A stretch of 19,305 bases of DNA from Tubiluchus corallicola (GCA_030141605.1 JAQGDQ010001957.1:1-19305); one strand, 5' to 3'; positions 1 to 10,034 are shown, numbered from the stretch's first letter. Notes: a model not told the origin generated them from the sequence alone. Program-made: numbers and translations.

Positions 1-238
1 GAATGGCTTAATAATTACAAGAAAGACTCTGAGATTCATTGATTTATACGCTACGCGGAAAGATAAGATAAATGTCTATCTTTCAAGAAGAATGTCATCT
101 ATGTATAGCCAGAGAGTTGCTACTAGATAATGTTATTGCTAATGAAATGTCATAGGCGAATGTCAACGGACACTGGTCAATTAGCTAGCTCAAAATAATC
201 AGGTAGTTTCGGAATTTAGTCTGCTGTCAAATCGAATG

Positions 239-370
239 CAGGTAAAAATCTCACGGGTAAAAAAGTCACAAGAAAAAGTCACAGGAAAAAAGAAATAACC
301 CTAACCTCAACTCTAACCAAAATTAATTGTGACTGTTTCCTGTCACTTTCCCTAGCCAAAATTGTGACTT
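239..370. repeat. Foldback-like dispersed repeat, copy 1
   Basis: Tandem ~15-bp GG(T)AAAAAAGTCACA units, then a TAACCCTAACC core, then inverted TGTGACT..TTCCTG units. Collinear with 3040-3152. Confidence 0.75.
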
Positions 371-702
371 CATTACAATAGCCGCGCATTATTCTATATA
401 CACGAAAAAAATTGCGTAAAATTCTATACAAAATTACAAATTTACACGAGCTTTCGCGAAAATTTCAAATTAACATTTGCACTGTATGACTGCAAAAAAC
501 ATCCACACTGACAGGCGCGTTATACTGACATCCCAATAAAAGCGGTACACAATGTCGAGTCTGCAAGAGGGCAAACTGCCAACCGTGGTAGATCATATGT
601 TAACATATGACCATATGCAATAAGCTAAGGGCCTATTTCAATATTCACCTAAAATGAATCAATTTTCGTTACAAGGTTTGCCCTAAAAGTGCAACCTATT
701 AT

Positions 703-1337
703 TAGCCTTGGATTAACCATTAAGCAAAATAAGCACGTGCTTAGGGCCTCGGGGGTAAAGGGCCCCCACACAGTTTCTTTAAATCGAATAATTTCCCAAA
801 AGTAAGAGATTAGGGTAATATGTGTGGCAGCTTCTGCAATTGTTTACAATATGACGGTACGGACGGCAACATATATAATATTAAATGGACCAACATCCAT
901 TTCTATATAAGAAATTTGTTAAGTAAATGTTTGTATTCGCATTTTTCACTCATTTCAATTAGCATAAGAAATGAAAATGCTTTCACTGAGTTTGCTAGGA
1001 TAAGTTTTTTACTATATATTATGCTGCTCTTTGTTTACTGGTATCCAATTCGCATGTAGATATGCTAAATGGCGGCTCATTTATAAGATTTAGCCTAGGC
1101 ATTGTTTAACTATGTTTAGGCTACATTAGATTTAGCCAAAGATTTAGTTTCTCTATTTTTAATCTAATATCACTTTTTCATACAATGCAAAGCTGATGCT
1201 TTGTATTTACTGTAAATAAATCTTGTTGCAACTTTTTTTCATTTCGAAAGATAAAACTTCATTTTACAGTTCGGTATTGCGTTTTACTCTGAATATATTC
1301 AGTGTTCAGGGCCTCTTGAGATCTTAATTCGGCCCTG
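703..1337. mobile_element. Old, degenerate hAT-type MITE (CAGGGCC-ended)
   Basis: Right end TTAATTCGGCCCTG (1324-1337); decayed left end TAGCCTTGGATTAA (703-716, 8/14). Flanks CCTATTAT (695-702) and TCTATCAT (1338-1345) match 6/8. AGGGCCTC occurs subterminally at both ends. Confidence 0.45.
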
Positions 1338-2909
1338 TCTATCATCACATTTATATTAAAAATCTCACCTATTACCAGTTTTGTAATGAAGTAAAGGCTA
1401 AGTCTTCTAGGAAGTTACATGCTTAGGCGCTCCCATTTTCAATGTCCATTCTTCTTCCATTGACGTCATTTTTGTCCTGTGTAGCGCACTGTCAATCTTC
1501 ATCAAAAGAGTAATAAGTTTTTACAAAAAAAAATTAGATCGCTAGCTTTGTAATATTTTTGTGTGAATCTTAAGTAAGCTGGAGAATTTGAATTAGTTTA
1601 AGCGGCGCGCGCTTACGGAAAGCCACGATGCACTTACGAAAAGTCACGAAATTCCAGTTTGGCGGCAACCACCACGCCTGAAAATTTTTACTCAGAGGCA
1701 GTATATTGTAAATTTATGCTATACAGGCAGTTTTTTCCGCAAATTTCTTTGTTATAATTTTTCTAAGTTTAAGTGATAACAGTAAAATAAACTCAAGATA
1801 CTGAGTGACTTGTTCTTTCCTTCAGAGTATGGCCATCATCTTGGCTGCTTCAAGCACATTACTTAACGGCTACACTCCAATTCAAGCTTATAGCTTTATA
1901 GCCGAGCGGATTCCACTGCACAGACAAAACTGTACGTTTTATGCGCTTATTAAGAACCCGAAGAATTTCAGAGGAAAAGATTAATTGATTTCGTACAGCA
2001 CGCCACGGAAAGCTCGGCAGCTACTTTTTACCTATGAGCAACGGCTTTTGTGGCACAATGTTAACGATCGTATTTGAAAGTGCCAGGATAATGATTCGGT
2101 AAACATTGTGAATTAATCGTAGCGTATTCTGGGGTGAAATGAGTGTATCCCATGTAGAAATCGAGGAACAAGCGAGAAAAGGGAAGAGAGAGAGAGGGGG
2201 GGGACAGACAAAAAAGAGATGAAGAGACATAATCCAGGAATTTATTATCCTATATCAGTAAGTCAGTAAATAGACTCTAGGTGATATAGCCATGTACCAG
2301 ACGCTCTACAATTGCCATCAACAGTCAACACACACAGACACAGTCGTCCCAAATCAAAACGGAAACTTAATTAAGGCGAAATAACGAATCGTTCGGCTGT
2401 TATAATTAATTCGGATGACGGTAAACAAATAGGGGGAGGTTTTGTAAATTGTAACCCGAATGTGTAATTAAACTATTATATAAGTCTAAGGATTGTCATG
2501 ATCACAGTCTCCCCCCCCCTTCCGGGGTAGACAGCATCGTCAATGTCAACACGTGAACGCGTTGCTCAGTGCCCAGCAAATCGATGGCGGGAAATTCTGC
2601 GTCACGGTATACTATTCTCGGCGTTTTTGTGAACGAGATGAAAATAAACCCTCCGCAGAAAAATACCATTACTGTGCAGCTAAAGAGAGAAGTTATTAGA
2701 GCGTTTTCCTTAAATGCAGCCTTTGATCGCTTTTGCAGACAGCTTTGCTTTATATGTAGCCAATGGAAATTGAGTTCCATGACATTCTGTCTCGACGAAA
2801 CCAGACAAGATACACACTTACACGCACCCGGCGGTCCGTTTCATGATGTGCATTCAATTTAGAACAAGCCAACTTACTGATAAGAAACTAACTCGATAAT
2901 GGAAATAGT

Positions 2910-2965
2910 TTCTGAATGGGATTGAACTCACGCCGCGGTGGTTTCAAATACTAGATGTACTGTTA
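2910..2965 (-). mobile_element. Possible tRNA-derived SINE head relic
   Basis: Minus-strand CGTGAGTTCAATCCC resembles a Pol III B-box/T-arm; no convincing A-box or cloverleaf. Confidence 0.25.
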
Positions 2966-3039
2966 CAGCGATTCATACAGTGATGGAAAAAGAAAATATG
3001 AATTAGATAAACGCAACGCGTATTGCTCTGAAATTTATC

Positions 3040-3152
3040 CAGGTAAAAAAGTCGCAGGCAAAACGTCACAGAAAAAAGTCACGGGAAAAATAACAATAAT
3101 CCTAACCCTAACCTCAGCCAAAATTGTGATTTTTTTCCTGTAACTTTATTAT
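3040..3152. repeat. Foldback-like dispersed repeat, copy 2
   Basis: CAGGTAAAAAAGTCGCAGG..GTCACAGAAAAAAGTCACGGGAAAAA, core CCTAACCCTAACC, then CCAAAATTGTGATTTTTTTCCTG. Same order and orientation as 239-370. Confidence 0.75.
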
Positions 3153-3900
3153 CGGTTACTGCAGTAATTACGGGATGTATAATGTGCAAAGATGTCATGT
3201 GACAAAGAACACGAACAATGCACTCACTAATAATTAAAGGGCAACGCAACGGTAAAGTCATTATGTGGTAAAGTCACAATTATGACAAAGTTGTCCTTGT
3301 ATTCGACATTGCATTTTCTGGAGAATCTGTACTTGATCACTATTGTAAAATAGCTTGCCATTACGTTATTATGTTAAAGATTTCATAACACATAAGCTAT
3401 AGATAGGTGTGTACTATTGTTCCCCTGGCAAATGTCAACTAAAACTTGAAGGTTATAGCTCTACTGCAGTGACAGGTGATCACGTACCTGGCCTAAACTG
3501 CTCTTTCACGCGAGACAGGTGCGCCAGGAAGACGCAATCTGCAGGTAGCAATCTTGCGCTCATTAAAAATTCAACACCGAGGACAAAAATCAGGGAAATA
3601 AAATTTCTGCAGAAAAGTGAGACTTCTACACTTGCTAAGCCAGTATGCAGTCCTTATTCTAGAAAAAAAGCTAAGAAGGACGCAGCTAAGTACGTATCCT
3701 GGTGTTCTTACTAATTTTTCAGGCTATCGGAGATTGTGGCAATTTACTTTCTCACAAAGCAAGGAAACTTCAATCAATTTCACGGAGCAACAGTTTGAAA
3801 ATGTGGTAGTAATATAATTAATTTTTGCAGCCAAAGTAGCTTATTATGTGGGCAGGCATTGTTTTCGACTAATGTCTGCTCTCCCACCCAATATAAATCG

Positions 3901-3960
3901 AAAAAAAGAACTATATAAAAACTATAATAACCAAACAAATCAAAAACAATTTTTTTTATT
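3901..3960 (-). terminator. Putative polyadenylation signal and downstream U-rich element of the DHRS4-like gene
   Basis: AATAAA on the minus strand at 3955-3960, about 64 nt after the stop codon, followed by a T/GT-rich tract (about 3901-3948). Confidence 0.55.
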
Positions 3961-4023
3961 AATCATCATTTTTCTTCAGCCTGTCCACAACACTCATATT
4001 GATACATTAATATGATTTCGTCA

Positions 4024-4836
4024 CTAGTGTCTAGTGGGATAGCCTCCACATACAGCAATAGTTTCTCCTGTTATGTAACTTGCATCATCTGAACATAGAA
4101 AGGAAACTGTTCCAGCCATCTCATCCGTCTGTCCAGTACGCTTCATGGGACATCTATTTTCATAATCGCTGACTGCAATTCGGGTATCCCAAAATGGTTG
4201 AGTCAAATAAGTCTTTATCAAGCCAGGTGCAATTCCATTGACTCGTATTCCTTTTTCTGCACATTGAGGTGCCATAGCGTCTATCAGACCCAACATGGCG
4301 GTTTTTGTGGCAGAGCACATCCCAATGCCAGGAAATAACTCACAACCTCCACAAGCTTGGTATGCCAGTATTGATGCCACAAAAATGATATTTCCTCCAC
4401 CTCGTTTCTCCATACTGGTAGCAGCAGCCTTCGCTAGGAAGAAGCCAGATTTAAGATTGAACGTCCAGATTTCGTCCCAGCCCTTTTGCGTCACGTCCAT
4501 CACGGGTCCAAACGAACCTTCAAAACCTAGAGTTCCACTGTTTGCGACAAAAATGTCGATTCCTCCGTATTTCGCTATGGTAGCATCAATCAGCGGTTGC
4601 CACTCGTCTTCTTTGAGGGCGTTACACAAAGTACCACTTACTGAGAGTCCTTCAGCTTTCAAAGAGTTCACAGCCTTATCCAGATTCTCCTTGACGCTGC
4701 TGCTGAGCATGACATGGGCACCATCTTGAGCTAAACGCCTTGCAATACTATAACCGATTCCATAAGACGATGATGTAACAAGGGCCACCTTTCCCTCATG
4801 CTTTCGTTTGCTTGTGGTTTTCTCTGCACTATCCAT
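4024..4836 (-). CDS. DHRS4: Intronless DHRS4/DHRS2-like short-chain dehydrogenase/reductase, 270 aa from the ATG at 4836, with a non-canonical active site
   Basis: Uninterrupted ORF with DHRS4-family motifs: GKVALVTSSSYGIGYSIARRLAQDGAHVMLSS, YGGIDIFVAN, MEKRGGGNIIFVAS, KTAMLGL, GIRVNGIAPGLIKT, SFLCSDDASYITGET. The ATG at 4836 is in an AAAATGG context just before family similarity begins; the track's 4902 start is a non-ATG codon and another in-frame ATG lies at 4860. Family membership is clear; strict orthology is uncertain. Confidence 0.92.
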   Translation of the reverse strand: MDSAEKTTSKRKHEGKVALVTSSSYGIGYSIARRLAQDGAHVMLSSSVKENLDKAVNSLKAEGLSVSGTLCNALKEDEWQPLIDATIAKYGGIDIFVANSGTLGFEGSFGPVMDVTQKGWDEIWTFNLKSGFFLAKAAATSMEKRGGGNIIFVASILAYQACGGCELFPGIGMCSATKTAMLGLIDAMAPQCAEKGIRVNGIAPGLIKTYLTQPFWDTRIAVSDYENRCPMKRTGQTDEMAGTVSFLCSDDASYITGETIAVCGGYPTRH

Positions 4837-4920
4837 TTTAGGAATATGAAATTCGTACATGAACTGCACCCAGTATATGTAAGGTGGACTGTTAACTTCC
4901 ACGTCTAGATGATTAATGGC

Positions 4921-4953
4921 AGGCGCAGTGCGCAGCTTTCCGGTTTTTCTATA
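4921..4953 (-). promoter_or_regulatory. Possible core promoter of the DHRS4-like gene
   Basis: Minus-strand TATAGAAA (4946-4953), then CCGGAAA and a GC-rich TGCGCACTGCGCC element, about 85-120 bp upstream of the ATG. Motif appearance only. Confidence 0.25.
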
Positions 4954-5171
4954 CCTAGCCTTAGGTCAGAACGTCAGTTATAGAATGTAACGTACAAACC
5001 AATTTAAGTGACAGGGGTGAGGAGATGATGAAATAAAAGAACACATACAGCAATGCAAGCCAAGCAAGCCATTTACTATCAGAATTAGCAACACACACCT
5101 CACAATACCCCCCTCCAAGTAAACTCGGATATCTGAAATTTTCAAATGAAGTTCCGAGTACAATAGATTAT

Positions 5172-5300
5172 ATAGCAAACACTAAACACACAAAAAACAT
5201 TATCAAAATGACACAATAACATAATTAGCAAAATGTCACAATCAAAATAATCAGCAAAGTGTCATAATAATCAAAACGTTTAGCAAACATTGCGCAACAG
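5172..5300. repeat. Degenerate ~26-bp minisatellite (TAGCAAAATGTCACAAT..-like)
   Basis: Successive units tatcaaaatgacacaat, tagcaaaatgtcacaat, cagcaaagtgtcataat, tagcaaacattgcgcaac in an A-rich tract. Confidence 0.55.
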
Positions 5301-5809
5301 TAGAAAAATATGCAGCTCAGTGATCATATACAACATGTTATGCAATACTACTAAAAAAGAACAAACCAGCACGGTTAGCAAAAACAATCTAAAAAGAAGA
5401 GAATTGGGCCCTTAACTCATCAACCTTTCAATCCATCCTGAGAAAACCCAAGCAGACATAACAAAACAATTACGCAAAAAACAACAATAGAGCGTTAAAT
5501 GGCAAAATGATCATTAACTATGCATAAATAATACTTGATTCAATTTGAAATTCTATGCACTCATTAACACATATCTTAGAAAAGGTTTTCCTTTAACATA
5601 GGAAATCTTTAGAACCTGGAGAGCGCATCAGCTACTCTGTTATCAGTACCTTTAACAGATTCAACTCTGTAGGTATATTCGCTCCATCTACATAACCTAC
5701 GATTATTTCTTTTGATTTTCGGCAAAGCTAATAGAGAAGCGGCTCAGCAAGCTGAGTGGGAAGCCAGTAATGTGGTAAGTATGCCAATCGGCTCAGTTAA
5801 ATGTTTCTA

Positions 5810-6064
5810 GCAATCTGGATTTGCGTAATGCACCACTCATAACTGCACAAAATATCAAGTTATTTAAAAGCCGCTTAAATAAAGTTAACGTGCATTAATT
5901 CCTTGAATACAATAGACACATGTAAGCAGTTCTTCTCTTTGTCTTTACCACACTCATGTAAATATTGTATGTTTTTCGACAACGTGTTTTATATATATAC
6001 TGTTTTTATTATAGACTGTATTTTACTATTAGGTGTGAACAAAATAAATAAATAAAATATAAAT
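5810..6064 (+). mobile_element. 3' end of a CR1/L2-like LINE (short relic)
   Basis: AIW..(fs)PLITAQNIKLFKSRLNKVNVH*FL at about 5810-5905 resembles the ORF2 C-terminal motif W..LP..(I/V)..A.....FK.RL, followed by an AT-rich 3' UTR and an (AAAT)n tail at 6041-6064. Confidence 0.55.
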
Positions 6065-8454
6065 GATGATATTGGAGGATCTTTCTTTAAAGCCCCAGCT
6101 ACATGAAGAGCGTGTTTTCGGTAATCAATTTCGTTTTGCTCATTAATAAATTATCATTTGTGATTTATGTTTTTATTTTGTTCAATGATACCGCCAAGCA
6201 TTAGAATTTTGATCATGCAAAGTAGTGTGACTGTTTAAAAAACGTCTGGCAATTCTAAATTGTGGTAAAGTGAATTTAGTTGTAAACTAGGGCTTCGACT
6301 TTTCCCAGCTCTGACTATATTTTAGTCTGTAGTGCACTAGCTACACCCACCCACGCAAATTCTTCAAACTCTGCTCAATTAAAATTCATGTAAATTTGTT
6401 GGCTGATTTCCAAATTTCTATCGTTTTTGGCAGTATAGTATATCCTTGGGCCACTTTGAACGAAAATGAATCATTGCACTGATGCCGGTCATTCATGGAC
6501 GCATGTGAAGTTTTAAAACGATCACTGTATACCGTATGTACATTTAGAAATGATGTGTAACTTGTACAGTGTATACACAGTGCAACTTAATTAATGTTTG
6601 CCGAAATTTACTTAATCAAATATACCTGTTAGAACTTCACGTCTTAATATAAATACAGCTTTTAATAACGTTAAGCTTTCCCGATTGATTAGGCGTGAAA
6701 CTCTCTGATAATTTTAACTCTTTGTAAAACGAAAACGTCAAGAAACTTACTTTTTGCTACTCTTTAATATCTTTAATAGCTACTCTTTTGTTACACATTA
6801 AGTGTGTTTTCATAACGATTTTTAAATTTCAGTGTCTGTAAAATTTATTTAACTTGTCATTTGTCAACTACGATAATTGTTATGGCTATTGTGTGCATAT
6901 GTATGGACAAATTAAAATTTTCAATGTGGTTTCAAGGCAAATATTGCCTCTATCCCGTGGCGCATGTGACATTTAATATAACAGACAGACGCCCTTTTAT
7001 ACATCCGATGTCATAGATGGTTCGCCTGTTACATTAAATTGCATTGCGTGTGATAATTTACAACGCAGAGATAGACTTAATAAATTATTTATCAAGTGAA
7101 ATAATTAATGCCAAATATCTACGGTTAAGTCTAGCATTGTGAACCTGTTGCAAGTATAATGAAAATACAGTATTGAGAATATGGGCGCAGTTGGCGCCAT
7201 AGTTTCGGGCACTATAATAGGACCATTTACGCCACTCTTTCAGTTAGCAAAACGGAGCAAGGAGCAAGGACCCATTGCTCGGGTCGTTTCACCTTGGAAT
7301 GAAAGGCGTTCTGGAAGATGCTTAATTATTCAAGCTCTACCACTCTGCGTTGGATTTACAGCATAGCTGTAAAGCGTTTTAGAATACCTTTCAGTCTTTG
7401 CTCGCTCGCCCAACTTATTCAGCTGCTTTCTTTCATCTTCAGCCTACTCACAAGTTAGTGTTGGCATAGTAAAGTAGGTTTTATTATGCAAGAACTTGTA
7501 GAAAAATAAACCCAGCTCAGCACGAGGTGGGCGACACCTGTGAGGTTCTCTTGCAGTAGTTTCCAACAGCCTGCAACGAGAAAAAAATTATGTGGCAGAA
7601 ATTTTAAATGCAGGATTTTTGCTTTTATGTACTTGTTTTAATATAGTGGGCGTCTGATTCAGAGCACAAGAAAAACCCCCACTTACATACTGCCTTTTTG
7701 CATACAGGGCTTGCGTCGGCAGTAACGCTGTATAAAACTTGTAAATATAAACTCTCGCAATGACCGTTAGGCGCAGCCATTTTGACGATAAGTCATTTGA
7801 AACAAGTTTAAATAACACTGAGTAAAGTTTGAAAAAATAACCACATCATTTGCAGCGCACACGTCACTAGCTAAGTAAAATTTTAAATTACCGTATCTTG
7901 TCAATAAGATTAAAAGTGCGTTTTTAGTTAGTGAGTGGGTGCACCCTGGAGGCGAGTCAGCGACATTTTCCCAATTGGTGAAAACATTTTAAATAATAAA
8001 TAATTTGCTTTTCTAGTTACATAAGTCTTTCAAACGGATAACCGAAATGCTAAGTAATATAATTCTGCATGGAAAGTTTTTTGGAACATAGTTTAACATT
8101 TCCCTTTCTTCCTCTAGTTTACGTTGTGCGTATATGACGTCATGTAATGGCGCGGTCGGAACAGTATTGCGGGAGATTTAAAATGAAAAGAAACAAAAAA
8201 AATCATTTCAACGCGAGTGCGATATACGCATAAAATTGCTATAAAGTAATACAATTTTTTAAGGCGATTTTTCTGAAACCACTTCAGGTACCCATTTTTT
8301 GTGCTTTAAGTAATACGTATCCAAGATACCATAGACATAGCTTGGCGTTTACATAAGTGTAGTTTTTCTTGATGTCACATAACGAAAGCCAGAACTTGTC
8401 AAATTTTAAGGCTGAATATTGGGAACTAGCAGTTCTTTGTTAAGCTGCTTGGTA

Positions 8455-8875
8455 AGCTGTTTTGTTGTTGTTGCTGTTGCTGTTGCCATTGTCATTGCTG
8501 TTATTGTTTTTTGTTGTTGTTGTCGTCGTCACTGTTGTTTGTCGATATTATCGTCGTTGCTGCTGTTGCTGTTGTTTTATGTTTGTGTATTCATTGATGT
8601 TTTTGTTGTCCTCGTTATCATTATTGTTGTTGTCATTGTTTCATTTGATGCTTTATTGCTGTTGCTGCTGCACATTGTGTTGTGTTTGTTGTTTTGTTGC
8701 TGCTGCCGCTATTGTTGTTTTGTTGTCGTTGTAGTTGCTGTTGTCTTTGCTGCTGCTGCTGCTGCTGCTTTATTTGTTTGTTTCTTCCATGTTGTTCTTG
8801 TTATAATCATCGTCATCGTCTTCGGCATCACCATCATCATCACCATGATCACTGTCGTTGCTGTTGTTGTTGCAA
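8455..8875. repeat. Long cryptic trinucleotide microsatellite (GTT/GCT/GTC/ATT, with a CAT/CAC patch)
   Basis: About 420 bp of 3-periodic GTT-family triplets; explains the low-complexity ORFs at 8419, 8462 and 8682. Confidence 0.93.
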
Positions 8876-8907
8876 TGAGATATTGAAATGCTGTCCTTTC
8901 TGTTTAT

Positions 8908-9138
8908 TGCCAAATTTTGCGGTGCCAAACTTTCCCAATACAGTACGAAATTTTCACGTTACCATATCTTCTTAGTACCAAAAATTCCTTGTATCTAAAG
9001 ATCATAGTACCAAATTTACCTGTACCAAAATTTCCATGTACTAAAAATTCCTTGTATCAAATTTTGCTAGTACCAAACTTTCCTGGTGCCAAACTTACCT
9101 GTACTAAATGTACTTGTACCAAACTTTCCTACATTCCC
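8908..9138. repeat. 15-16-bp tandem minisatellite (GTACCAAAxTTTCCT), about 14 units
   Basis: Units include gtaccaaaaattcctt, gtaccaaatttacct, gtaccaaaatttccat, gtaccaaactttcctg; the array ends in CCTACATTCCC. Explains the ORF 8917-9192. Confidence 0.9.
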
Positions 9139-10034
9139 ATATTATACTGGTGTCTTCAACAAACGAGAAAAATAGCTAGTGCTAAATGTTGATCCTTAGA
9201 AGCGAGTCCAAGCCTTTATTTTATAGTATTTTGGCTTCTTGACTTCAGAAATAAGCATACGAGTGAGCCACGTTCATAGTGCTCTGAGCATTTTTGCTTT
9301 CTTAATAATTATAATTTATTACTGGCTGTGGGTTAGTCAGTGCGCATCAAGTCCTGTTGATAAATCTACAGTAGTTGATTTAGAGCAGCTAAAGCTGAAA
9401 CTGTCCCTCCACGCGCTTTGTGTAGGCTTGTAGCGAAGCATGTATCTGTAACGCTTGCATGCCTTACTTAGATTTATAGCATAGTCATTACTTAATTCCA
9501 GCTATAAATACATAAATGGTGTTCTGAACTTATTTGACTGTTGGCACCATGTTTGTTGTGTAATCAATAGTCTGGCTTTTTCAAAGTGTGCGAAGTCTTG
9601 GGGATCCCTGTAGACTGAACCTGAGCTTTCGATCTTACAGAGTACAGATTGAATCGCAATGGACATAGTCCTAGATCTAAAAATCCACAGTTTTCGAACC
9701 CTTCTTTTGGGCATTTTGGAAACCATACTCGCCAATAGACACGCATGCTAAGCATAGAAATATGGGACATCATCATCATTATCAAAATCTCATTCCGTCT
9801 GTTGCAGACATTGAGGCATTAACATTTATTAGAGCGTTCAACCCACTCTTGTTGCAGCTAACATCACAAGTTCTTCTGCTCCTAAAGCTAGATTTGGTTG
9901 AAGTTGTTGAACATCTTTATTTATCTTGGCTATCTAAATTGTTTTTGTTTGCCATGTGGTTTTTGCAAAGTTTTAAGGCTTCATTTAAGGCGATTCTTAC
10001 TGGTGTTTCATTTGGTAATCTGAGGTGTCATAAC

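Noticed and set aside
2219-2263. ATG...TCA|gtaagt short reading (MKRHNPGIYYPIS) as APP exon 1
   Set aside because: Good donor and phase but no hydrophobic signal-peptide core.
2910-2965. tRNA gene
   Set aside because: Only a B-box-like motif; no cloverleaf or A-box.
820-3817. Short ORFs in the left part of the window
   Set aside because: Several lie in repeats or MITE relics and use non-ATG starts; none shows protein-family motifs.
4295-4729. 144-aa plus-strand ORF
   Set aside because: Antisense shadow of the SDR coding sequence with no independent motifs.
4837-4902. 22-aa N-terminal extension of the SDR in the ORF track
   Set aside because: Starts at a non-ATG codon and has no family similarity; the ATG at 4836 has better context, although 4860 cannot be excluded.
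5673-5774. 102-bp phase 0/0 pseudo-exon (tgtag...GTG|gtaagt) as an APP upstream exon
   Set aside because: No start codon, no APP similarity, modest acceptor; needs transcript evidence.
8419-8975. Hydrophobic, poly-Leu, poly-Cys and poly-His ORFs
   Set aside because: Translations of a trinucleotide microsatellite in three frames.
8917-9192. Repetitive 91-aa ORF; CRISPR-like periodicity
   Set aside because: Minisatellite with contiguous units, no unique spacers, no cas genes, eukaryotic context.
9239-9433. Hydrophobic ORF with an internal TGG|gttagt donor as signal exon
   Set aside because: No in-frame ATG; the nearby ATG at 9186 is out of frame.
9542-9760. Possible second, plus-strand RTE end (WHHVCC...MDIVLDLK...LANR)
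   Set aside because: Similarity too faint, and the adjacent (CAT)4 is better explained as the tail of the minus-strand LINE.
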